From assembly GCA_016124235.1 (NCBI GenBank), contig WGOC01000022.1, positions 157,923 through 221,922 of the forward strand: a stretch of 64,000 nt of DNA. The letters are read 5' to 3'. Source of the stretch: a bacterium (lineage in GTDB: Bacteria; Verrucomicrobiota; Verrucomicrobiia; Limisphaerales; RI-55). The position numbers and the translations under genes are program-made. The notes under the pieces were generated by a model that worked only from the letters and a program-made list of their open reading frames with translations, ran no database searches and had not been told where the DNA came from. Below are positions 9,815-18,668 of this stretch, one piece after another (the first letter of the stretch is position 1; the number at the start of each line of letters is the position of its first letter).

Positions 9815-10267
9815 CTAATTGGCGGTTGGCTGGCCGTACGGATTTGCGCGGCGGATTTCCAGGAAGCGCTCGGGGTGAGCCAGTTTCTGAAAGCCAAATT
9901 GCTCGTAAAGACCGTGCGCATCCAAAGTGGCCAGCATCCAACGGCGCAGATTTTGCAGTCGGGCATTCGCTAAAATTTCCGCCACCAAGAACTTTCCTAC
10001 GCCCAGGCCCCGATGGCTTTCAACGACGAAGACGTCCGCGAGCCAGGCGAAGGTGGCGTGATCGGTGATCACCCGAGCGAAGGCAATTTGTTGACCTGAT
10101 TCGAACACTCCAAAACAGAATGATCCCTCGATCGCCTGATCAACCGTTTCGCGCGAAATGCCGGCCGCCCAATACGTGCTGCCCAAGAATGCGTGGATCA
10201 ACCGCCGATCGAGCCGTGATTTGTCGGTCGATACTTCCCAATTGGCAGTTGAGTTGGCAGCGGTCAT
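9815..10267 (-). CDS. GNAT family N-acetyltransferase
   Basis: 150 aa. The acetyl-CoA binding motif HRGLGVGKFLVAEIL (R-x-x-G-x-G) is present in a GNAT-sized protein. Confidence 0.8.
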   Translation of the reverse strand: MTAANSTANWEVSTDKSRLDRRLIHAFLGSTYWAAGISRETVDQAIEGSFCFGVFESGQQIAFARVITDHATFAWLADVFVVESHRGLGVGKFLVAEILANARLQNLRRWMLATLDAHGLYEQFGFQKLAHPERFLEIRRANPYGQPTAN

Positions 10268-10290
10268 GGGCGCAGGAACGTTGGGCGAGT

Positions 10291-10326
10291 AAAAAGAAAA
10301 GCCCCGCCGGGGTCAACCGGCGGGGC
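10291..10326 (-). terminator. rho-independent terminator after rpsI
   Basis: Perfect GC-rich stem GCCCCGCCGG / CCGGCGGGGC (10301-10326). On the minus strand it is followed by the U-tract TTTTCTTTTT (10291-10300), 20 nt downstream of the rpsI stop. Confidence 0.7.
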
Positions 10327-10345
10327 TGTCCATACACAACACCAA

Positions 10346-10738
10346 TTAACGCTTCGAAAATTGGAACCGCTTGCGGGCGCCGGGCTGACCGTACTTCTTG
10401 CGTTCCTTCATACGAGGATCGCGGGTCAGCAATCCCTGCGCTTTCAGGGCCGGACGCAACGCCGCGTCCACTTTGAGCAGCGCGCGGGATACCGCATGCC
10501 TGACCGCACCGGCTTGACCGTTCGGGCCACCGCCCTTGACGTTCACGTCCAGATCGTATTTATCGACGCCGTTGATCACCGACAGCGGTTGTAAGACAAC
10601 ACCGCGCAACGAATCAGTCGGGAAATAAACCTCAAACGCCCGGTCGTTAACCGTCACCCGGCCGGAGCCGGACGAAAGGCGAACACGAGCGACCGCCGTC
10701 TTACGGCGACCAATACCGATAAAAGCAGAGTCAGCCAT
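10346..10738 (-). CDS. rpsI: 30S ribosomal protein S9
   Basis: 130 aa, with [19 protein letters not shown] and the C-terminus [17 protein letters not shown]. Confidence 0.95.
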   Translation of the reverse strand: MADSAFIGIGRRKTAVARVRLSSGSGRVTVNDRAFEVYFPTDSLRGVVLQPLSVINGVDKYDLDVNVKGGGPNGQAGAVRHAVSRALLKVDAALRPALKAQGLLTRDPRMKERKKYGQPGARKRFQFSKR

Positions 10739-10746
10739 ATAAAATA

Positions 10747-11181
10747 TTACTTGGTCACGGCCATCGTGGCCGGGTTCTGCGCCTGATGCGGATGGTTCGG
10801 ACCGCGATAGACTTTCAACTTCGTGATCAGGCGACGGCCGAGGCGGTTTTTCGGAATCATGCCCTTTACCGCGTGCTCAATGAGCCGTTCCGGGTGTTTT
10901 TCGCGGACCTGGGCGACCGTGCGATATTTTTCGCCGCCCTTCCATCCCGAGTAGGTCATGTAGGTCTTGTCGGTCTCCTTCTTGCCGGTGAGCACGACCT
11001 TTTCGGCGTTGATCACCACCACGAAGTCACCCGCGTCCCAATGGGGGGTGTAAATGGGCTTGTTTTTGCCGCGCAAGGTGTCCGCGACTTTAACGGCCAG
11101 GCGTCCGAGCACGGCGCCATCGGCGTCAATCACGTGCCAGCGGCGCTGGTTCAAATGGTCTTTTGGCAGATACGTTTTCAT
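10747..11181 (-). CDS. rplM: 50S ribosomal protein L13
   Basis: 144 aa. The N-terminus [35 protein letters not shown] is present, and the gene shows the canonical rplM-rpsI pairing. Confidence 0.95.
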   Translation of the reverse strand: MKTYLPKDHLNQRRWHVIDADGAVLGRLAVKVADTLRGKNKPIYTPHWDAGDFVVVINAEKVVLTGKKETDKTYMTYSGWKGGEKYRTVAQVREKHPERLIEHAVKGMIPKNRLGRRLITKLKVYRGPNHPHQAQNPATMAVTK

Positions 11182-11323
11182 CCGGTTGTCCGAACCAAAG
11201 GAGCGGAGAAGCTACCAAACGACTTTGGCTAGTCAATAGCCGTTTTGGATAATTTCCAATCAGGCGCCGTGGCTTGGTTGTGCCCGCTCTGAAAATGGAG
11301 CGGGTCATTGCGTTGTGTGTATT

Positions 11324-11360
11324 AAAAACGGGAGCCGGGACGAATCGAGTCCCGGCTCCC
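11324..11360 (-). terminator. rho-independent terminator after the oxidoreductase gene
   Basis: 11-bp stem GGGAGCCGGGA / TCCCGGCTCCC (11330-11360). On the minus strand it is followed by a T-run (complement of AAAAAC at 11324-11329), 32 nt after the stop at 11392. Confidence 0.65.
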
Positions 11361-11391
11361 GCAGTGTCAATTGCTGAATGCGCACTCAGGT

Positions 11392-12783
11392 TCAGCTGAT
11401 TTGCGGCGGCGCAAAGCCCTCGCGGTATTCACGCGAAAGGATTGTCTTGTTCGCTTCGTCGTTATTCGTGAAGCGGAAGTTTTCGGCATCCCAGCGAAGT
11501 TCATGGTCCGGAAACCGAGTTGCCTTGACCGCCAGCAAGGCTGGTTCGGTGATGCGCCAACCGATTTGGAAGGGTGTCCACAGTGGTTTGTGGTCGCCCA
11601 GGCAATCATCGGCCCAGTCCTTCCAGTGATTGCGTTTGCCGATTTCCGGCAACGGTTCGTCCTGAATCTCTTTGCCTTTGCGGAAGACCTGCGGAACGCC
11701 ATCGGCCTGCAAAAGCAACGTGCCTTCTTCGCAGACAACCATCGTGTAGTTCGCGCCCACTTTGACGTCAGGCAAACCGAGCGCCGCAAACGATGGAACC
11801 AACGCGCTGTCGCTGTAGCGAACCACAAATTTTTCCCGGGCAAACTTACCGCCACCTGGATAGGTAATGGTGCTGATGTTGTGCGCGGTGTGGGAATCCA
11901 TCGGCGGTTTCAGCGTATTGGTCAACACCGCCTCGGGACGCGGCAGGTCATAAGCGAAGTAAAGCAGATCGAGCAAATGACATCCCCAGTCCGCGAGTTG
12001 ACCGCCACCCGTTTCCCAGAAGGTCCGCCATCGACGCGGCGTCAAATCCTCACTGTAGGGCATTTCATGATTGATCGGGCCCTGCCACAAATCCCAGCTG
12101 AGCCAGTCGGGCACCGGCTTCGCGGTTGTGTAATTTGACCACGGATCCGCAAAGTAATGATTGCGCTCGACGCTGCCGGTCCACACGTAGGCCTCGATCG
12201 GCCGTCCGAGTTGGTTGCGACGCAGCATTTCCACGGCGAGCATGCGTCCGCGGTTGCAGGAACGTTGGTTGCCCATCTGAGTGACGAGGTCCGGCCGCTG
12301 CGCCAAGGCGTCACGCATCATGCGCAATTCAGACAACTGCTGCACGAGCGGTTTCTGTCCGTAGATGTGTTTGTTGTGCTTCAACGCCGTGATCATCATC
12401 GGCGCATGATTGAAGTCCGGCGTGTCGACAATGACGGCATCGAAATCGTCCACCTTGTCGGCGAAGCCTTCGCGATAATCGGCAATCGTCCACGCCTTCG
12501 GGTGCTCTTGCAGAATCGCTTCCCGTTCGCGGGAATCGACATCGCAGAAGCCGGCCCATTCCACCTTTGGGTGTCCGCGGAGGCCGGCGCGTTGCAGACT
12601 TCCTATGCCGCCGTTCTTGGCACCGATGCCGATCTGGTAGATTCGCAGGTTGCCGTTCTTGTTGGTTTGCGCCCGCGCCCGCAAGGATAACGAGGCGATG
12701 CCGACGGTCGCCACCGCACCGGTCTTGAGAAAAGCACGACGGGTGACGGGACGTTTCTGATCAGGGATGGAATTTGTATTCAT
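11392..12783 (-). CDS. Gfo/Idh/MocA family oxidoreductase with Tat signal
   Basis: The ATG at 12783 gives MNTNSIPDQKRPVTRRAFLKTGAVATVGIASLSLRARA (twin-arginine signal). A Rossmann segment IYQIGIGAKNGG follows. The track start at 12945 adds an implausible 54-aa leader. Confidence 0.8.
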   Translation of the reverse strand: MNTNSIPDQKRPVTRRAFLKTGAVATVGIASLSLRARAQTNKNGNLRIYQIGIGAKNGGIGSLQRAGLRGHPKVEWAGFCDVDSREREAILQEHPKAWTIADYREGFADKVDDFDAVIVDTPDFNHAPMMITALKHNKHIYGQKPLVQQLSELRMMRDALAQRPDLVTQMGNQRSCNRGRMLAVEMLRRNQLGRPIEAYVWTGSVERNHYFADPWSNYTTAKPVPDWLSWDLWQGPINHEMPYSEDLTPRRWRTFWETGGGQLADWGCHLLDLLYFAYDLPRPEAVLTNTLKPPMDSHTAHNISTITYPGGGKFAREKFVVRYSDSALVPSFAALGLPDVKVGANYTMVVCEEGTLLLQADGVPQVFRKGKEIQDEPLPEIGKRNHWKDWADDCLGDHKPLWTPFQIGWRITEPALLAVKATRFPDHELRWDAENFRFTNNDEANKTILSREYREGFAPPQIS

Positions 12784-13504
12784 GATGAGTGTCACCATGA
12801 TCCACGGTTTGTTGGCGAGCTCAAGAAAAACGCGCGGCCAGAAGGCGCAAATTTTGTTCCCGTGAGAACCCGAAATTGAGCAAATTAAGGTGAGCGCAAT
12901 GAACCAACATCTGATCTCAAGTGTGCGCCGATCTACCGTTTTCAATAAAACGGGGTCACGGGTCCTCGGACGCTATGGAGGCGCACAATACGATTTAGGT
13001 CCGACCATAACCAGGCGACCAGCCATGAGACCACCGGAAATGTGTAGGACTTCACATTCGAGACTATCGACTATCTGTATCGCGCGCAATTTATGGGAGT
13101 CTGTACCGGAACGCGACCAATCCGAAGAATCTATCCGCTACCGTTTGTGCCGACGGGAACATTCGCGAACTCCATTTGCTCGGTGCGTATTAAGGGCGGC
13201 AAACCGCTCCTCCATATCTCAGCTTTTGGACGGAGGGTAAGATTTGGGCCGCGGATCAAATAGAATCCGAGTAACAGCAATGTTGGTTTTCGAATTCAAA
13301 CTTTGAATGGCTTCATATGGCGCGCGGGAGCCGCAAAAGAACTTATTCCGTCGCCCTAAACGTCGAAGAGTTGGCTTCCTTTGAAAGCGATCGCATTATT
13401 TAACTTGAAGTGGCATTTCCTTACGGCCTTTCGGTGTAAAACAGGAGGCATAAACCGTCTGGCCGACAGCCACCGATCCGCGGACTTGCTGCAGCCCCGT
13501 CGGG

Positions 13505-14251
13505 ATGGCAGAGTTCGACCGCTTGATCAGAGACGTCGCAAATTCCTATCGCTTACTTGGGCTGGCGCCGGGGGCGTCATGGCCCGACGTGAGGCGTAAC
13601 TACCGGAGGCTCGTGCGGGAATGGCATCCGGACCAGTTTGGCCATAGTGTAACGCTTCAGACGACTGCGAATGAAAAGCTCAAGGAAATAAACGTCGCGT
13701 ATGAACAGATCCGGAAGTTCCGGGATGTTGCGGCCCATGTGAAGGGCGCCCCCAATGGATCTCGATCAACTCCAAATTCGAGCTGCCATACGAAGTCCGG
13801 TCGCGAGTCAACCAAATCTTCAGGACGTGCGAGCCCGAACGATTCCGGCAACCAAAAAGAAGCCACTCAACGGCAATATAGTATCTTCGAGTTGCTTCTG
13901 CGACATCCGGCAGCAATTAGGTTTGGAGTGTTGGTCGTAAGCATTGTTGTGTCGCTGCTGCGCGGAGGTAGTGGTGACACCGCGAGATCTGCGAACCGAT
14001 ACGGCGAATCACCATGGTTCGACCAGGGCCGCTCGCTGCGCGCCGGTTCATTTGTTTATTCTCCAGTACAACCTCGCCAAGAATACGACGTTACGCTGGC
14101 GAATGGCACACGCGTCAGCATTAGCAACCTGCTGAAACTTGACCTGAGTTTCGTTTCCAAGAAACGAGGTAGAAATAACCCTGTTTCGCCGGCTGAGCTA
14201 AACAACGCCGACGTATCCGTTTTGTTGAAAAGTAAGAACGGGCGAAAGTAG
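13505..14251 (+). CDS. J-domain (DnaJ-like) membrane protein
   Basis: YRLLGLAPGASWPDVRRNYRRLVREWHPDQF contains the HPD tripeptide of J domains. A Ser-rich linker is followed by one TM helix (IRFGVLVVSIVVSLL) and a ~90 aa C-terminal domain. Confidence 0.7.
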   Translation: MAEFDRLIRDVANSYRLLGLAPGASWPDVRRNYRRLVREWHPDQFGHSVTLQTTANEKLKEINVAYEQIRKFRDVAAHVKGAPNGSRSTPNSSCHTKSGRESTKSSGRASPNDSGNQKEATQRQYSIFELLLRHPAAIRFGVLVVSIVVSLLRGGSGDTARSANRYGESPWFDQGRSLRAGSFVYSPVQPRQEYDVTLANGTRVSISNLLKLDLSFVSKKRGRNNPVSPAELNNADVSVLLKSKNGRK

Positions 14252-14297
14252 CGGAGGGATTGTTAATCGCTCGCACCGCCGCGCAATTGTTTTCAAG

Positions 14298-14747
14298 TCA
14301 TTCTTGCGAACAATCGGAAGAGACTTCGTCAACTTTAATTCGGCAACAGGAAAACTGGGCTTCAAGTCCGAAGGAACCGGCGAATCTGACTTTGAACACA
14401 AACGAATCTGAATCGATGAGTTTGACCCTTTCAATCGACAATCGATCGAGTGAGTTTTGATGATTGAAGCCGTTCATTTCCAGGTCTTCGTCGAGGTCTT
14501 CGAATTGCATCGTGACGACGCGGTGATTTCGAGTGACTAGCAAGCCGTCGGCACCGGTTTGGTCCGTCAGTTCCCAAAGTCGAAGCCTGGCGGTCAACAA
14601 TGGGAAGAGCCACTGAGTCGGATCGCGATTGATATCGCCCCGGCGCAAGTGAATCTCGCATACCTCGGCATCGTGGAATGTTGGCCACTGTCCAAAAACG
14701 CTGGTCAGCTTTCGGCTTCCCTCGATGTAAGCGTCAATCCCTCGCAT
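14298..14747 (-). CDS. hypothetical protein, resembles immunity protein Imm50 family
   Basis: The N-terminal FGQWPTFHDAEVCEIHL motif and the later NGFNHQNSL segment match my recollection of Imm50-family proteins. This was not verified by a search. No toxin gene lies adjacent. Confidence 0.45.
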   Translation of the reverse strand: MRGIDAYIEGSRKLTSVFGQWPTFHDAEVCEIHLRRGDINRDPTQWLFPLLTARLRLWELTDQTGADGLLVTRNHRVVTMQFEDLDEDLEMNGFNHQNSLDRLSIERVKLIDSDSFVFKVRFAGSFGLEAQFSCCRIKVDEVSSDCSQE

Positions 14748-14795
14748 GAATCGTCGGCGCGCTCTCTTGTGACCACTTCAACTCTGACCGACTGA

Positions 14796-15995
14796 TTACC
14801 TATCACTCCGCTTCGCTGTCCACGTCGCATCGAGATTGTTGTCGCCCCCTGGCAGTTTGATGTCACCAGCAAGCGTGCCGTCGTTGTTGAGTTTGCCTGC
14901 GTATTCCACGCTCATCGCGTTGCCATTCAGCTCGCCTTTGTAGTCGAGTTTCACATTTTTCCCGTTCACATAACCGGTGATTTGTTGGTGGCCGAGCAGT
15001 CCGTCGTAGGTGCCGACGATATTGTGGCCGGCCTGAACGAGTTGTAGTTGGGATTTGCCGGCATTGCCATTGACTTCCACATCGACGTTCCAATGGCCGG
15101 CAATTTGGGCGAGCTGGTCGGCGCCCTTTTTGGGATCGAGGTTCGCGGCGATTTCTTCCGGCGTGACGGTCGATTCAACGCCGTTTTCCGGCACGGCTAC
15201 TTTCGCAATCCAGAGGATCGCGTTGAGCACGATTTTGCGTTGGTTGTCATTATACCAGTTTACGTGTTTGTGGCCGCCCGTGAAGCCGAAGCCGCGTCCA
15301 CCGTCGGGTCGTTCGTAAATCCACATCATGGTCTCGCGCCGACCGCTGGCATCGACGATGTGTTGATAAGGTCCCGCGGGGTAAACGTAGGGTCCCTTGC
15401 GAACGGCGTCGGACGGCGTGTCGGTAAGGATGTGGGTGATACCTTTCGGATCCGGATTCCAGCGCATGTTGAAATACCATTCGTCCGGCAGGCTGAACGG
15501 TTTCACGCCGTTGGTGACGGGATGCCTGGGCAGGTTTTTGTAATCCGGCTGCCACATCGGGTTGACCGAATAGTGATCCTCATACGCGCCGCCGATCCAA
15601 CGCCACATCGCCTGTTGCGGAGCGCCGACGGGAACTTCGACGGCATAATGCGCGCAACCGATACCAACACCTTTGGCAACGAGTGCATCGATCAGCTTGA
15701 TTCGGTCGCCTTGAATCGCCGGATGACCGCCTCCGCCATCCGCGTAAAAGACAACGGCTGAGGCGCCCTCGAAGACTGCGTCCGAATCAGGCCAACCGTT
15801 TGTGTAGACCTCGACTTGAATGCCCGGGACCGATTTCAAACACTGTTGCCAAAGCAGAACTCCTGCACGGAATTCATGCTCGCCAGGCGGATGGCTGGGC
15901 CTTCCCGCGACCAGGAGAATGCGCTTGTCGGCGGCGTGCGTGGCAGCTGCGAGTGAAATCAACGTCAGAGCAAGAATTGTTTTGAATGAGTTCAT
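14796..15995 (-). CDS. ThuA-domain protein with signal peptide and extra C-terminal beta-rich domain
   Basis: The ATG at 15995 gives the signal peptide MNSFKTILALTLISLAAATHA. A ThuA-like core follows (RILLVAGRPSHPPGEHEF ... VVFYADGGGGHPA). The ~110-aa C-terminal domain is unassigned. Confidence 0.75.
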   Translation of the reverse strand: MNSFKTILALTLISLAAATHAADKRILLVAGRPSHPPGEHEFRAGVLLWQQCLKSVPGIQVEVYTNGWPDSDAVFEGASAVVFYADGGGGHPAIQGDRIKLIDALVAKGVGIGCAHYAVEVPVGAPQQAMWRWIGGAYEDHYSVNPMWQPDYKNLPRHPVTNGVKPFSLPDEWYFNMRWNPDPKGITHILTDTPSDAVRKGPYVYPAGPYQHIVDASGRRETMMWIYERPDGGRGFGFTGGHKHVNWYNDNQRKIVLNAILWIAKVAVPENGVESTVTPEEIAANLDPKKGADQLAQIAGHWNVDVEVNGNAGKSQLQLVQAGHNIVGTYDGLLGHQQITGYVNGKNVKLDYKGELNGNAMSVEYAGKLNNDGTLAGDIKLPGGDNNLDATWTAKRSDR

Positions 15996-16054
15996 CGAAA
16001 TGGGTGCGTTTGAATTTCGGTTTGTATGATGGTGAGGTGTGGGTTCCGTGAATA

Positions 16055-16264
16055 TCACGCGGAACAACGGCCGCACGATTGCGGGTTGCCGGAGCAGGCG
16101 GGCATCGCTGGTTCGGTGGTTGGTTTGCTCGGCGCGAAGACCGAAAGCTTTTTCTTGAGACGTTTGGAACCGCAGTGTGGGCACGTGGCTTTCGAGGTGC
16201 GGTTGCGGACAAGGATTTCAGAATCCTTGGTGCAGACGTCGCAATGGTATTCAAAAATCGGCAT
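16055..16264 (-). CDS. FmdB-family zinc-ribbon protein
   Basis: MPIFEYHCDVCTKD...CPHCGS is the CxxC-CxxC signature of FmdB/putative regulatory zinc ribbons. The ATG at 16264 is preferred over the track start at 16321. Confidence 0.7.
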   Translation of the reverse strand: MPIFEYHCDVCTKDSEILVRNRTSKATCPHCGSKRLKKKLSVFAPSKPTTEPAMPACSGNPQSCGRCSA

Positions 16265-16364
16265 GCGCGGAAATCTAGCGCGTCGACGCGCTGAAATGAA
16301 ACGGGAAAATACTCGCGCCATCGGTCAATTTTGTGTTAGCCAACTTTTCAATTCGTAATGATTT

Positions 16365-17102
16365 GTGGCTGATTTAATGACATGTTCGTGCTGTTCGCGG
16401 CGTGCCTTTTTGGGAGGTGCGCTCGTATCGCTGTTCTCGAGTGTGAGCGTCCTCGCCGATCGTGTGCACGTCGTTCGCAAGGGCGAAACATTGTTCGGAC
16501 TGTCGCGGCAAATGGGGATTCCTTTCCACGACCTGGCCGATGCGAACCATCTGAATCGAAAGTCAAAACTTCAGGTGGGGCAGCGGTTGTTCATCCCGTC
16601 CAACGAGGCCCTCCCGCAGTTGACCGTCGCACTAAAGAAGAAGTTCGATCGAACACATGTCAAAGCGCGGCAATGGAAATACGTTGTTGTGCATCACAGT
16701 GCTACCTCGAGCGGCACGGTCGCGGGTATGGATCGTTATCACTCCCAAGTCCGCCACATGGAAAATGGTTTGGCGTATCACTTCGTGATTGGGAACGGCA
16801 AAGGGATGAAGGACGGCGAAACGGTCGCGAGTCGGCGGTGGAAAAAACAGTTGGCCGGCGGCCACCTTGCCAGTGAAGCACTTAACGAGATCAGCCTGGG
16901 AATTTGCTTGGTCGGGAATTTTGAAGTCTCGGTCCCCACGGCGAAGCAGATGCAAGCACTGGCCGGATTGATAAACTATCTTCTAAAACGGTGCCATTTG
17001 GGGCATTCGGCGGTAAAAACGCACCAACAAATCAACACGATTTACACACGCTGCCCCGGGCGGCGGTTTCCGGTAAAAACGTTGCTCGGCATGGTGGCTT
17101 GA
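16365..17102 (+). CDS. LysM domain-containing N-acetylmuramoyl-L-alanine amidase (Amidase_2/PGRP type)
   Basis: LysM segment HVVRKGETLFGLSRQMGIPFHDLADANHL..VGQRLFIP, followed by the amidase_2 motifs YVVVHHSAT and YHFVIGNG. The start is either GTG 16365 or ATG 16377 (MTCSCCSRRAFLGG). Confidence 0.8.
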   Translation: MADLMTCSCCSRRAFLGGALVSLFSSVSVLADRVHVVRKGETLFGLSRQMGIPFHDLADANHLNRKSKLQVGQRLFIPSNEALPQLTVALKKKFDRTHVKARQWKYVVVHHSATSSGTVAGMDRYHSQVRHMENGLAYHFVIGNGKGMKDGETVASRRWKKQLAGGHLASEALNEISLGICLVGNFEVSVPTAKQMQALAGLINYLLKRCHLGHSAVKTHQQINTIYTRCPGRRFPVKTLLGMVA

Positions 17103-17210
17103 ATTAAGTGGATTGTCGTAAAACTCCGGATAACGAAACATGTGGTAATTGAAAACCAATTGTTGGTCAGGCGATCTTTATAACATGTTGAAGAAAGGTA
17201 AGATTTCTGT

Positions 17211-17239
17211 TTGACAACCAGTGCGGCGATCCATAGAAA
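17211..17239 (+). promoter_or_regulatory. candidate sigma70-like promoter of the EPS export operon
   Basis: TTGACA (17211-17216), 17 nt spacer, TAGAAA (17234-17239), in an AT-rich 204-nt intergenic region ~70 nt upstream of the ATG at 17307. Promoter rules for this phylum are uncertain. Confidence 0.25.
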
Positions 17240-17306
17240 ACCTCTGCTACATAACATTCCGTAACGCAAAGGGATTGACCTTAAGTAGGAACAGACGATT
17301 CATCTT

Positions 17307-18596
17307 ATGAAGAAGATTATTGCCTCCACGGGGATGGTCGCGCTTGGTGTGCTAGGCGTTCAAGCGGCTTACACGCCCGGTATGTCCGGCCAGGATACTG
17401 CAAAATCATGGAGCCTGCACGGTGCGCTGCGTGGGTTTTACGACAGCAACAGCACGACGTCACCGTCGGGCAGTGAGGTCAAAAGTTACGGGCTTGGTGT
17501 GGAGGCGGGGGTTGGTTACAACCTGCCGCTCGACACGACGTTTTTGGGTGCGGACTACACTTACGGGTTAAAGTGGTATGAAGGTCGGGATACGGGCAAG
17601 ACTGACCAGACGCACAAATTTAATCTGAAGCTCGATCACTCATTTTCTGAAAGATATAAAGTCACACTCAAGGATTCCTTTGTTGTGACCTCTGAGCCGA
17701 CTGTGTTAGATCAGGGTGGCGTGGTGACAAGTCCTCGGCGTTTGAATTCTGACGCGTTGAGGAACCGTGCAAATTTGGACTTTGCGGCGCAATTCACGCC
17801 GAAGTTGGGTGCGACGATTGGTTATGGGAATACTTTCTACGACTACGATCAAAGTGCGTCTGACGTAGCTAATTCAGTGACAGGTCCGAGTAGGTCGCAG
17901 CTGTTGGATCGGATGGAGCACCTGATCCCGGTTGAAGGCCGGTATACAGTTAATCCAGAAACTGTCGCTTTGGTGGGTTACCAGTTTGGTTTGGTTAAAT
18001 ACCAAGATAACAATCCGTACAACGTTGGTTTGCCGGGGGCTGCTGATCCTTTGAATCCAGATTGGCGCGATAATCGTACTCACTACATCTATGCTGGTAT
18101 AGAGCACAACTTTACGCCCCAGCTGAACGCAGCGTTGAGAGGGGGCGTTCAAATTCAAGAGTACACTCAACTGCCTGCTAGCGCTGCCGTTGACGACACA
18201 TCGACTAGTCCATACGTGGACGGCAACGTGAGTTATCTATACAATCCGGGGAGCTATGTTTTGGTTGGCTATCGCCATTCAAACTCGGCAACAGATTTGA
18301 CGGTTCTCGACGCGCAAACTGATCTTATCTATGTTTCTTGGACGCACCGGATTACGACTCAGCTGAGCGCAAACCTCTCCTATCAGTGGCAATACTCTTC
18401 GTTTAACCAAGGGTTTAGTGGCGCATTGGATAATCGGAACGAAATGTTCAACATTTTTGGAATCAACCTGTCATATAGCATCAACCAGTTCCTGAGCTGT
18501 GAGATAGGGTACAATTACGATGACTTGGACAGCGATGTGGCGGGTCGCAGTTATACGCGGCATGTGGGCTATATCGGGGTCAGAGCGACCTACTAA
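17307..18596 (+). CDS. outer-membrane beta-barrel protein (EPS-locus associated)
   Basis: Signal peptide MKKIIASTGMVALGVLGVQA, alternating beta-strand pattern rich in Y/G/N, and a C-terminal aromatic residue (GVRATY). It sits directly upstream of the Wzc/Wza-like genes. Confidence 0.65.
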   Translation: MKKIIASTGMVALGVLGVQAAYTPGMSGQDTAKSWSLHGALRGFYDSNSTTSPSGSEVKSYGLGVEAGVGYNLPLDTTFLGADYTYGLKWYEGRDTGKTDQTHKFNLKLDHSFSERYKVTLKDSFVVTSEPTVLDQGGVVTSPRRLNSDALRNRANLDFAAQFTPKLGATIGYGNTFYDYDQSASDVANSVTGPSRSQLLDRMEHLIPVEGRYTVNPETVALVGYQFGLVKYQDNNPYNVGLPGAADPLNPDWRDNRTHYIYAGIEHNFTPQLNAALRGGVQIQEYTQLPASAAVDDTSTSPYVDGNVSYLYNPGSYVLVGYRHSNSATDLTVLDAQTDLIYVSWTHRITTQLSANLSYQWQYSSFNQGFSGALDNRNEMFNIFGINLSYSINQFLSCEIGYNYDDLDSDVAGRSYTRHVGYIGVRATY

Positions 18597-18668
18597 GTCT
18601 GGAAGAATATAGTTAGCTTTGGGAGGCTGGAGCCGTCAAATTCAGCCTCCCATTTTTTGTTTAGTCAT

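Noticed and set aside
11283-11305. Hairpin CCCGCTC-TGAAAATG-GAGCGGG upstream of rplM as an L13 autoregulatory leader or second terminator
   Set aside because: The stem is short and I cannot assess its conservation. Its function cannot be supported from sequence alone.
11371-12138. 255-aa plus-strand ORF antisense to the Gfo/Idh/MocA gene. Similar long antisense or alternate-frame ORFs occur at 15048-15761, 23072-23680, 32293-32886, 33067-33657 and 36101-36757.
   Set aside because: These are shadow ORFs typical of GC-rich coding DNA. Their composition is Arg/Gly/His-rich, no motifs are present, and each is fully contained in a well-supported gene on the other strand or frame.
12890-13240. 116-aa ORF in the long spacer upstream of the J-domain gene
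   Set aside because: No start context is present, the composition is Arg/Ser-rich and no motif is present, so it is probably non-coding.
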